A stretch of DNA of 64,000 nt from the NCBI GenBank assembly GCA_043802485.1, contig JAZDKZ010000006.1, positions 71,497 to 135,496 of the forward strand, given 5' to 3'. The DNA comes from Candidatus Aenigmatarchaeota archaeon. GTDB taxonomy: Archaea > Aenigmatarchaeota > Aenigmatarchaeia > Aenigmatarchaeales > Aenigmatarchaeaceae. Below, one piece after another: positions 26,277 through 34,694 of the stretch; the stretch's first letter is position 1, and each line of letters opens with the position of its first letter. The translations under genes were made by a program, and so were the position numbers. The notes under the pieces are model-generated. The model did not search any database, was not told the DNA's origin, and worked only from the letters and a program-made list of their open reading frames with translations.

Positions 26277-27291
26277 AATAAGTTATTACCAGTTTACCAT
26301 GCTTGCATTTCTTATCATTTATTCTGAATTTTTTATCAATAAGCCACAGATAACCTAAAATCACTTCTGCTAAAAAATCCCAGTTATCTTCTTCTATCTG
26401 CATTCCATGCGGCAGGTTACTTATTTCGAATAAAATTCTATTTTTTTTGTTTATTATATTCACGACGCCCCAACCCATAGAATGGAGTAAGGTTTTAATC
26501 ATATTGAGTTTCTTGTCGCATGATGATTTTTTTATTATAATCTGTCTGAAGAAATCGTAAGATATTTTCGGTACTTTGTCCAAGAGTATTTTTCTATTGC
26601 CTAGTATATGAAATCCGGTATTTTCCACATACCACAAGTCCTTTCCTCTGAAAAGGATTCTATTTGAATCCCCCTTTAGCTGAAATATGCCAGACTCCAG
26701 GACACTTTTCAATGTTATTCCCTTCGATCCAGAAGAGAGATTTAGTCTGTCATACTGCTCTTTTTTCTTTGATGGTAGAGGTGAGAATTTTTTATCTAGC
26801 AATTCGTAGAAATACCTGCAGCTTTTTCTCGTCTGTATTTTTTTACTACAAAACACTTGAGAACTGAATAAAACATTTAGTATGCCTGCATAAAAACCTG
26901 TCAGACACTCATTCTTTCCTATTAGCCTTGTTACAGTCTCTTCTCTTGTCTCTATTAGAATCTTGTTGTTTTTTTTGATAGCGTGCAGGTCTGAAAGCAG
27001 ACCCAGATTTATCCAAACCTTTTTCATTATATTATTCAGAAAGAATATCGGAGTTCTTTTGAAAATGTTAGGAACCATTCTGTCCATAACAAGATTCATC
27101 CATTTCTGCCCAATCTCGGCTATTTCAGCTTCATGACCAGAATTTTCGCATAATTTTACATAATTTGCTATAATCTCTTCAAAAATTAAGACGTTTCTTC
27201 TACTTTTTATTTTGAATCTGTTTGTAATCCATCCAGTATTAGTCTGTATTAGATTTTTTCTTATAGAAACGGATAGCCTCATATCAAACAA
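26269..27291 (-). CDS. double V4R-like domain protein (putative small-hydrophobic-ligand binding)
   Basis: 340 aa; GKNECLTGFYAGILNVLFS...CRYFYEL resembles the V4R C..G..G...C pattern; second half GIFQLKGDSNRILFRGKDLWYV...MGWGVVNI... is a weaker repeat; 8-nt overlap with the upstream KaiC-like gene. Confidence 0.5.
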   Translation of the reverse strand: MFDMRLSVSIRKNLIQTNTGWITNRFKIKSRRNVLIFEEIIANYVKLCENSGHEAEIAEIGQKWMNLVMDRMVPNIFKRTPIFFLNNIMKKVWINLGLLSDLHAIKKNNKILIETREETVTRLIGKNECLTGFYAGILNVLFSSQVFCSKKIQTRKSCRYFYELLDKKFSPLPSKKKEQYDRLNLSSGSKGITLKSVLESGIFQLKGDSNRILFRGKDLWYVENTGFHILGNRKILLDKVPKISYDFFRQIIIKKSSCDKKLNMIKTLLHSMGWGVVNIINKKNRILFEISNLPHGMQIEEDNWDFLAEVILGYLWLIDKKFRINDKKCKHGKLVITYFN

Positions 27292-27958
27292 TCTTGGCGG
27301 TCGATAATTTTAAGCCTTTTTTGTTGATGAACAATTCGTGATTCACTCTCGGGTCAAAAGACGTATAACGAAGTTTGCAAATCTCCAGCGTCCTTTTGGG
27401 TTTCTCCTCAAGGTCCAGGAAGGATATGTGCAAGACGCCGTCGACCTCGAACGACTCGCTGTTCCCGCTATCAATGTCTTCTCCAACAGTCTCGCAAATG
27501 AGCAGGCTGCATTTAGATTTCTCCTTCAGATACTTTATTATGTCCGACAATTTTATCCTGTATTCCTTCTTGTTCTTGGCGTGCATGAGAATCTTGTTGA
27601 CGTTGTCTATGACAAGCCTGTCCACTTTGGGATATTCCAGGAAAAGCTTTGCCAGCTGCTCTAGGTTTATTTTCTCGCCCAGGGGCAGGCATTCTATGAG
27701 CAGGTTCTTGTCTATGTAATTTTTCGCTTTTTTAAGGCTGGTTATGCTTTCGCATGCTCTTAGTAGCTCTTCCTTGCTCTCTGAAACAGAAAGATAATAG
27801 CACCTTTCTCCCTTTGCAGCGCCCTCGACTAAGAAGTTTAAACCTATCAAAGTTTTTCCTGTGCCAGGGCCACCGGAAAGAAGAATAACAGTTCTAGAGG
27901 GAAACCCACCTTCTGTCAACTTATCCAGTCTTGGCAAACCTGTTGTTATTCTCATCAT
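27284..27958 (-). CDS. single-domain KaiC/RadA-like ATPase
   Basis: ITTGLPRLDKLTEGGFPSRTVILLSGGPGTGKTLIGLNFL (Walker A) and RLVIDNV (Walker B-like). Confidence 0.85.
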   Translation of the reverse strand: MMRITTGLPRLDKLTEGGFPSRTVILLSGGPGTGKTLIGLNFLVEGAAKGERCYYLSVSESKEELLRACESITSLKKAKNYIDKNLLIECLPLGEKINLEQLAKLFLEYPKVDRLVIDNVNKILMHAKNKKEYRIKLSDIIKYLKEKSKCSLLICETVGEDIDSGNSESFEVDGVLHISFLDLEEKPKRTLEICKLRYTSFDPRVNHELFINKKGLKLSTAKIV

Positions 27959-28281
27959 TCATCACCAAATACAGGCTTTCCTATCGTTGATTCCTGTAGT
28001 TTTATTAAAAGAAACTTTTCATCGCCCAAGTCAAAGACTTGTGACGGCGCCTTTTTTATAAGACTTATGTCATGCCTTTTCAGTATCTTGTTGGGCAGCA
28101 TTATTCTGTTGCTGTTGCCTAGCTTTCCGGTTGTAAGCGACTCGCTCAATATGCTCATCTCAGTGGGCAACAACAGGAGCTTTTTAGTGGACTGCTTCAA
28201 AAGACCATACTCTTTTTTCGTCAGCTCAAGCTTAACAAGAATCTTGTCGTTTTTCATATCCATGGAGTCTATATTTGCCAT
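27955..28281 (-). CDS. putative AbrB/SpoVT-type DNA-binding protein
   Basis: 108 aa; NRIMLPNKILKRHDI resembles the swapped-hairpin AbrB motif; first gene of the AbrB-KaiC-V4R operon (4-nt overlap). Confidence 0.45.
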   Translation of the reverse strand: MANIDSMDMKNDKILVKLELTKKEYGLLKQSTKKLLLLPTEMSILSESLTTGKLGNSNRIMLPNKILKRHDISLIKKAPSQVFDLGDEKFLLIKLQESTIGKPVFGDE

Positions 28282-28374
28282 AGTTTATATATTTGGAAGA
28301 TATATTTAAATAAAATGTATTGTTTGTTAACATTTTAATAATAGATGATTTATTGTATTATTATGCTGATGACT

Positions 28375-28746
28375 ATGGCCAAGAAAATAATGGTTGTGGA
28401 CGACGACGAGATTATGATAAACCTCGTGAAAGATGTTTTGGAGCAAGGTGGGTTCGAGGTCATTGACGTAAACAACGGGCAAGCGTGCTTGGAGAAATTG
28501 AAAACAGTCAAACCGGACCTGATACTCATGGACATGATGATGCCAAGGATGAGCGGACGAGATACGGTAGACAAGATAAGAAAAAACCCACATACCATGG
28601 ACTTGAAGATAGCGTTTCTAACGGTGGTCAGATTCACTGACTTGGGAAAAGATACCTTGAAAGACCTAAACATTTCAGACTATATAACAAAGCCGTTCAA
28701 CAACAACGACCTTATCGCGAGAGTAAAAAAAATTGTAGGACAATAA
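28375..28746 (+). CDS. single-domain response regulator (CheY-like receiver), paralog of 23306..23674
   Basis: IMVVDDDE, LILMDMMMPRMSG, FLTV, YITKPF; start set to MAKKIMVVDD by comparison with the paralog. Confidence 0.9.
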   Translation: MAKKIMVVDDDEIMINLVKDVLEQGGFEVIDVNNGQACLEKLKTVKPDLILMDMMMPRMSGRDTVDKIRKNPHTMDLKIAFLTVVRFTDLGKDTLKDLNISDYITKPFNNNDLIARVKKIVGQ

Positions 28747-28747
28747 A

Positions 28748-29362
28748 ATGTTACAGGAATATAAAATCCAATTATTGAGGACTTTCTGGGAGAGCTGTGT
28801 CGAGGATGCGATAAAGGCACTCTCCATAATGATTAAGAGTGATGTGAAGAAAACTAGAACCATCATAAAAGTAAGCAACTTGAAGGAAATACCGAAGATG
28901 ATGAACCCCGAAGAGATAACCACAACCCTTGTCTATACAAAGGTTCCTGAGCAGATAAAATTCGTGATCATGTTCTCCTCGTCGCTTAGGGGCTTCCTGA
29001 ACCTCATAAACATGCTGCTGAACAAAAAGATTGACTATTATACCGCGCTGAACGAGGACAACGAACCGGTTATGGTGGAGTTTGGCAACATAATAAACGG
29101 CTATTTTGTCTCTTCCCTTGACAGGGTGTTCGGCAAGGATTTGAACTACCAGGATGCCGTGATATCGACCAATCCCTTCAGGGCCGTGGAGGATTTCGGA
29201 ATGGGCAACATATACAAGGAAAAGGTCAAGGTCCTCGTCTTCAGGACAGACTTTAGTGTAAAGAACGAAAACGTAGAGGGCAAGATGTTCCTGTTGGCTG
29301 AAGAGAAAAAACTGGATGTCCTTTTAGAGGAGATAAGCAGGAACATACGTTTTAAAGCTTAG
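28748..29362 (+). CDS. CheC-like protein (CheY-P phosphatase family), one intact motif
   Basis: 204 aa; second repeat has E-x2-N (MVEFGNIINGYFVSSL); first repeat is degenerate; 1-nt gap after the response regulator. Confidence 0.6.
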   Translation: MLQEYKIQLLRTFWESCVEDAIKALSIMIKSDVKKTRTIIKVSNLKEIPKMMNPEEITTTLVYTKVPEQIKFVIMFSSSLRGFLNLINMLLNKKIDYYTALNEDNEPVMVEFGNIINGYFVSSLDRVFGKDLNYQDAVISTNPFRAVEDFGMGNIYKEKVKVLVFRTDFSVKNENVEGKMFLLAEEKKLDVLLEEISRNIRFKA

Positions 29363-30186
29363 AACCTGTGGCCCAACTTCTCGAAAATCCCTTTCATTAC
29401 CAAGGCGTCCTGTTCTAGGACAGGTGATTCGGAAATCAATGTTATATCAATCTTTCTTTTCAGAATTTCCTTGGCAAAGTCCTTAAAGTCTGGGCCTGCC
29501 TCGGCCATTGGGACGTGGTTCTTTTCATTCCCCTTTCCAGGACTTACAACAGAATAGTTTATCCCGGAGAAGTGCGAATCGTATTTTTTTAGTTTCAATA
29601 CCTTTAGCTTGTCGAAAATTTCTTTATAATCAATCTTTCCTGCGTTGCCTGCATAGATGTGAGCCACATCAAGGTATGGTATCACGTTCTTTATTTTCTT
29701 TGAGATTGGTATTATCTCGTCCAAGGTTCCGAAGGACTTTTGCTTGCCCATGGTCTCCAGACCCAACTTTATCTTCCAATTGTTCTTTTCGATCGAGTCG
29801 GAAATTTCCTGACAGGCGTCTGTTATCATCTCTATCGCATTTTCTTTGTCCTTGCCATAGTAACCCCCATGAACAACCACAACAGTTGCTCCCATTGCTT
29901 CCCCTCTGTGAAGAGAATCGAGAATCCTTTTCTTGCTAGCTTTTATCACGTCGTTTTTTTCGCTTGCCAGGTTTATGTAATATGGAGCGTGCACTGATAA
30001 TTCAACATCCAATTCCTTGGCAACCTTGCCGAACTCTTTGGCTGCAGGTATTTGCATATAGACGCCATGAGTGAAGGCGACCTCCATAGCATCCAGTCCC
30101 AATTCAGAAATGCATTTGACACCTTCTGCCGAAGAGCCCCCTTTGCAGGATAGGGGTATGCCTGAAGAGCCTATACGTATTTTCAT
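29359..30186 (-). CDS. endonuclease IV-like AP endonuclease (xylose isomerase-like TIM barrel)
   Basis: 275 aa; metal-ligand pattern ..LSVHAPYYINL.., VVVVHGG, LGLETMG, LDVAHIY, typical of archaeal Nfo-like enzymes. Confidence 0.75.
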   Translation of the reverse strand: MKIRIGSSGIPLSCKGGSSAEGVKCISELGLDAMEVAFTHGVYMQIPAAKEFGKVAKELDVELSVHAPYYINLASEKNDVIKASKKRILDSLHRGEAMGATVVVVHGGYYGKDKENAIEMITDACQEISDSIEKNNWKIKLGLETMGKQKSFGTLDEIIPISKKIKNVIPYLDVAHIYAGNAGKIDYKEIFDKLKVLKLKKYDSHFSGINYSVVSPGKGNEKNHVPMAEAGPDFKDFAKEILKRKIDITLISESPVLEQDALVMKGIFEKLGHRF

Positions 30187-30654
30187 CTAATCTTCCTTCT
30201 TCTTGAAGAACAGCCAGTTCTTAGGTGGTTTGAACTTCACCAGAACGTAGCTGCCTTTCAGCTTTTTGCCCTTTATGTTGAATATTATCTTTTTTGGCTT
30301 CTTATCTATTAATTCGAATGTACCGTTGTCCCATATCTTTACTTTTCCTGCCCCATATTGTTCTTCAGGTATTGAGCCCTCAAAGGTAGCATAGTCTAAA
30401 GGGTGGTCTTCTACCTCCACAGCCAGAAGTTTCTTTCCCTTCAATGTCAACAACGGATCTTTAGGTATGGCCCAACTTTTTAGCACACCATCAAACTCAA
30501 GGCGAAGGTCATTATGTAAATGGCTTGCCCAATGACGCTGTATTACATAAGTAAAATGGTTCTTTTTATTGTTTGTTTTATTAATCTTTCCTTTAGGTTC
30601 AGTTGTGCCTTTTTTGTCCCGTTTACGTTTTTTTACGTATTCATTTAGAGACAT
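30187..30654 (-). CDS. stand-alone LigD-type 3'-phosphoesterase (PE) domain protein
   Basis: YVIQRHWASHLHNDLRLEFDGVLKSWAIPK...HPLDYATFEGSIPEEQYGAGKVKIWDNGTFEL matches the LigD PE signature. Confidence 0.8.
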   Translation of the reverse strand: MSLNEYVKKRKRDKKGTTEPKGKINKTNNKKNHFTYVIQRHWASHLHNDLRLEFDGVLKSWAIPKDPLLTLKGKKLLAVEVEDHPLDYATFEGSIPEEQYGAGKVKIWDNGTFELIDKKPKKIIFNIKGKKLKGSYVLVKFKPPKNWLFFKKKED

Positions 30655-31699
30655 GGATAAAACCTCGTTTTTTTGAATGGTACCTTTCTCTGGCTCTTTT
30701 ATTCTTCTCTAGTTTCTTTTCTTCAGACTCGTTATCTTGCCATTTGTATTCATAGCATTTTACTGGGCATTTTCCGATATAGTTTAGAAATTTCTGATTA
30801 TCGGATTTCTTTATTGCTATTTCATAACCATTATTATTTTTTACTATTCTGCTTTTTATTTTCAAATGTTTTTGAAATAAACCCTGAAGGAAAATTATGT
30901 CTTTCAGAGAAAAATTATCTGTACATAACTTTATTTCTCTATAGAAATTTCCATCACAAAGATAAAATTGCAGCATGCTGTCAGGATTGAATATAAAATC
31001 TTTAGGTATGTGCTTTATGCTGCTTTTATTATACCACTTTTTTCGCATCAATTCAAATGTTCTGTAACGATGAGTTTGTAAGAAGCTTTCAGGATATCCA
31101 CCATTTTTACACCTCGGGTCGTTTCTCTTTCTTGTTAATAACGGGCTGAATGTTATTCCATATTTTTTGGCTCTTAAAATTATATACTTTAGGTATTCTC
31201 TGTATTTACAGCATTGTGTATATGACCTAGCTTTACCCCCTTTTCTAAGAGGTATGGAACCATCTCCCATTAATAGACCATCAAAAAAAGCTACGCAATT
31301 TTTAGTTAGTTCAAACTCTTTAGGTGGATGGGAGATATTCATCTGTTCATAAGATGTTCTTACAGGTATCTTTAGTCTTTTCATGTATCTTCTTATCACA
31401 GTTCTTTCTATTCCAGTTTCTAACGATAAGCCCTTGATAGATTTTTTTAATTCAATATAATTTTTAATGAAAAAATCTTTTGTTAGAATGTTAATATGCT
31501 TCAATTTGCCTCCTGGTGATGATATAGTTGCTTGTTCTTTATGCGATCTTAGTTTTATTTTGTTTGATAAAGCATATCTTTTAACTGTTGTCCAGTCTGC
31601 GCCAACTTTGTTAGCGATTTGTGTTATAGACTTTTTATTTTTGACATATTCCCTGTTAAGAAAACTATGAGTTAAAATATCGTTATAAATGTTTTTCAT
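30641..31699 (-). CDS. free-standing LAGLIDADG-like protein with two N-terminal HTH modules (second LAGLIDADG motif degenerate)
   Basis: FFDGLLMGDGSI plus weak LQFYLCDGNFY; HTH-like SITQIANKVGADWTTVKRY and IKGLSLETGIERTVIRRY; 14-nt overlap with the PE gene. Confidence 0.6.
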   Translation of the reverse strand: MKNIYNDILTHSFLNREYVKNKKSITQIANKVGADWTTVKRYALSNKIKLRSHKEQATISSPGGKLKHINILTKDFFIKNYIELKKSIKGLSLETGIERTVIRRYMKRLKIPVRTSYEQMNISHPPKEFELTKNCVAFFDGLLMGDGSIPLRKGGKARSYTQCCKYREYLKYIILRAKKYGITFSPLLTRKRNDPRCKNGGYPESFLQTHRYRTFELMRKKWYNKSSIKHIPKDFIFNPDSMLQFYLCDGNFYREIKLCTDNFSLKDIIFLQGLFQKHLKIKSRIVKNNNGYEIAIKKSDNQKFLNYIGKCPVKCYEYKWQDNESEEKKLEKNKRARERYHSKKRGFIHVSK

Positions 31700-31751
31700 T
31701 TTATCAGTTAGTAATTGTTATTTGAAGAATAAAAAAATTTCTAGACTCGAA

Positions 31752-32651
31752 TCATTTCAGGGTTATCTTCATCATGTCCTTGGCGATGACAACATTCTTG
31801 AATATATTCTTGACCGAATCGTAGACTTCTTTTTCGTTCATGTACCTTCTGCTTATGTGCGTTATTATCAGCTTCTTTACCTTGTATTTTTTGGCCAGTT
31901 TGGCTACCTCAACAGCAGAAGCATGAGGCCTGTTCTCCTCAGGAACCTCCACAAAGGTCCCGTCATGTATAAGTATGTCCGCCTCTCTGGAGAACTCAAG
32001 TAAGGTCTTGCATATTTCAGTGTCGCCGGAATAGACGACCTTTCTGCCAGTTTTTTTGTCAGCAATGTCTTCCAATTTCACAACTTTCCCGTCAACTTCC
32101 ACCTGGCCCTTTTCCTTTATCTCTCTCAGAATCCTGCCTTTCAGGCCTAACTTGTCAGCTTTCTTTACGTCAATTCTCCAGTGGTCTTTCTCCTTGAAGC
32201 AGTAGCCCACAGCAGGCACAGAATGCTTTACTTTTATTGCGTATATCTCATAAGTGTCAGTTTCTATCAGCTTCTCGATTTCCTTCTCGCCGCAGTCCTT
32301 TGGTATGACACGGAAGCCTATGCCCCAGTAACTCATCTCGACCAACGCATCTATAAAGCGTGAAGCCTCAGGCCCGTATATTTCCAAGGGCTCCTTTCTT
32401 CTTGAGAGATGAAGAGTTTCTATCAGAGGCAGTATGCCTGCAAAATGATCGGCGTGCCAGTGTGTTATCAGTATTGCGTTCAGTTTCATGGGAGATATTC
32501 TTGCCTTTTGCATCTGTATCTGCGTTCCCTCCCCGCAATCCATGAGGAAATAATGCGAGCCGTAATGCAAAAGAATGGCGGCAGGCCTTCTCTTCAGGCT
32601 GGGGATGGCCGCGCCTGTCCCTAGAAATGTTATCTTGATTGGTTCTGGCAT
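31752..32651 (-). CDS. rnz: ribonuclease Z (tRNA 3' endonuclease)
   Basis: metallo-beta-lactamase motif ILITHWHADH, N-terminal ITFLGTGAAIP, C-terminal ITHIS. Confidence 0.9.
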   Translation of the reverse strand: MPEPIKITFLGTGAAIPSLKRRPAAILLHYGSHYFLMDCGEGTQIQMQKARISPMKLNAILITHWHADHFAGILPLIETLHLSRRKEPLEIYGPEASRFIDALVEMSYWGIGFRVIPKDCGEKEIEKLIETDTYEIYAIKVKHSVPAVGYCFKEKDHWRIDVKKADKLGLKGRILREIKEKGQVEVDGKVVKLEDIADKKTGRKVVYSGDTEICKTLLEFSREADILIHDGTFVEVPEENRPHASAVEVAKLAKKYKVKKLIITHISRRYMNEKEVYDSVKNIFKNVVIAKDMMKITLK

Positions 32652-34009
32652 CAGACCACATCCAAGTCCTTTTCAAGCCATTCCTTCAGGAATATCCTAA
32701 GGTCTTTTGATTTCTTTGCTTTCATGAGAAAGCCATTATCATAGAATAGATTCGCCTTTCTTATTTTCGGAGATATCTTGCTGGGTATTCCCTTTTCTTT
32801 CAACTCCCTTTCACTTAAGCTGAAAAGATTTTTCAGATAGTCCGAGACTCTAACAAACTCACGCTCTAATTCCACTAACCAGTTGTCATTCTCTATGAAC
32901 ACCTTTTTGTCCTGATAATGCTTGATGAATTCTTCCACATGCCTGCTGTAAACATCCGGTCCAATATTCTTGTATATCCTTGGAATTTCCCACTCCTCCA
33001 TCTCAAGCACTATGTGGCATCCATCATTGCAAAAAAAGTCGCTTCTCAGCACTCTGAAACCGTTTCGTGTCAGCATATTGCCAACCGCCTTTGTGCACCT
33101 TTTCATCTGTGGGTACAGAATGTCGTTGACTACTTTGGGTTTTGCAAAGCTAATGTGATACCATCTGGTTCCACGTCTTTTGATTATTTTCGTTAGCTTA
33201 GTTATTGTGTAGGGCTTGGGTTTTGAAGGCAAGAACAGTTCCTTGCTAGGTTTTTTGTTAAACTTTTTGCAAGCATCTACAAAGGTGTAGAACTTTTCCA
33301 TAGAAACCGCGGCTGCCACATTTCTGTTCCTGTCTACCGGATCTATGACAACTAGCGGAGTCTTGAAAAGCCTTGCCTGTTCCTCCGTTGAATTGTTGAA
33401 TGTTATAATATGACCTGCTCTCCATTTGGAAGCAGTCTTGGCAAGCTTCTCAAAAGAGCCATACTTTATTATCAACAATTCACAGAGGTAGCCCGAGAAT
33501 CCTAGGGTCTTTACATCTGCTCCGTAGCATCCGTTAGCTATGCAGAACTGCTTCAGCAGCCTTACCTCGTCAGGGTTCTTTAGCTTTGATTTGACGAACT
33601 TGACGTGATGCGGCGTCCTGTCCACCGAGGACTTTATCCTCTCAGGATTCTCTATGTCATAACACGGAACTATGTCCACATCGTAGCAGCCGATCCTGCT
33701 TTTGATGTAAGGATGCTCTGCAAAGGCTATCTGGTACTTGCCCCTGAGCTTTTTTACAATTGATTTGGCCAGACCCATGCCCCTTTTCTCCAGCTCAACC
33801 TTGGAAAGGCTCGAATCAAACAGCAGAAAGAGGTCGACCTCGTTCTTCTTTGACAACCAGGTGTCCTTTTCAGCTGAGCCGCATATGATGGGTCTTGCCT
33901 CGCTGGAAAGCTTCTCGCTGGTCTTGATCAGCCTCTTGATAAAAGAATCCATCTTTTTGCATTCTCTGGCATCAGGTCTTATCTTGCTCAGAACGGTGCT
34001 TAGGTTCAT
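32651..34009 (-). CDS. cca: CCA-adding enzyme, archaeal class I tRNA nucleotidyltransferase
   Basis: 452 aa; ICGSAEKDTWLSKKNEVDLFLLF (GS...DxD NTase core) and HPYIK, DRTPHH motifs; stop overlaps the rnz start by 1 nt. Confidence 0.85.
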   Translation of the reverse strand: MNLSTVLSKIRPDARECKKMDSFIKRLIKTSEKLSSEARPIICGSAEKDTWLSKKNEVDLFLLFDSSLSKVELEKRGMGLAKSIVKKLRGKYQIAFAEHPYIKSRIGCYDVDIVPCYDIENPERIKSSVDRTPHHVKFVKSKLKNPDEVRLLKQFCIANGCYGADVKTLGFSGYLCELLIIKYGSFEKLAKTASKWRAGHIITFNNSTEEQARLFKTPLVVIDPVDRNRNVAAAVSMEKFYTFVDACKKFNKKPSKELFLPSKPKPYTITKLTKIIKRRGTRWYHISFAKPKVVNDILYPQMKRCTKAVGNMLTRNGFRVLRSDFFCNDGCHIVLEMEEWEIPRIYKNIGPDVYSRHVEEFIKHYQDKKVFIENDNWLVELEREFVRVSDYLKNLFSLSERELKEKGIPSKISPKIRKANLFYDNGFLMKAKKSKDLRIFLKEWLEKDLDVV

Positions 34010-34063
34010 TTTTTATCGAATAAGTTTATAAATAAGGAAGTAAATAAAGTTTTAGGTGAAAAT

Positions 34064-34690
34064 ATGGTAATGATAGAACAAGCAATTTTAACCCTTTGGA
34101 ACAGTTTTCTCATAATATTACCATCTTTGATATGGGCATCGATCGCTTTGGTCGTAGGTCTTTTAGTAGGAAAAGTAGCAGGTTGGATAATAAAGCAGTT
34201 CCTAGTTAGAGTAAAGCTTGACCAGTACGTATTTGAGAAGGAGAAGTTCAAGATGAAGCTCTCCGATGTTTTCTCGACCCTGGGAAGATGGGTGATATAT
34301 CTTGTCTTTGTTCAGGTTGCATCTGGTCTTCTAGGAATAGCAACAGTGATAAACCTTGTCAACAGTGCCATAACATTTTTGGCAGGTGCTATAGAGGCAA
34401 CCGTGATAATAATCATCGGCTACAGCTTGGCGCACTACATAAAGGACAAGGTCATACATTCCAAGACCTTTTACGGAGACCTGGTAGGCAAAGTGATATT
34501 CTTCCTAATGCTCTATGTGTCGATAGCGCTTGCATTGCCTTTTGTGGGCATTGACGCCACGCTAATCAACTGGATGTTGATAGTCATAGTGGCCTCTCTG
34601 GGTGCAGGCATGGCAATCGCGATAGGGCTGGGAATGAAGGATGTCGTAAAAGATGTGGCAAAGGGTTATTCCAAAAAGTTCAAAAGGTAA
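34064..34690 (+). CDS. hypothetical multi-pass membrane protein
   Basis: 208 aa, 5-6 hydrophobic helices. Confidence 0.5.
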   Translation: MVMIEQAILTLWNSFLIILPSLIWASIALVVGLLVGKVAGWIIKQFLVRVKLDQYVFEKEKFKMKLSDVFSTLGRWVIYLVFVQVASGLLGIATVINLVNSAITFLAGAIEATVIIIIGYSLAHYIKDKVIHSKTFYGDLVGKVIFFLMLYVSIALALPFVGIDATLINWMLIVIVASLGAGMAIAIGLGMKDVVKDVAKGYSKKFKR

Positions 34691-34694
34691 TTAG

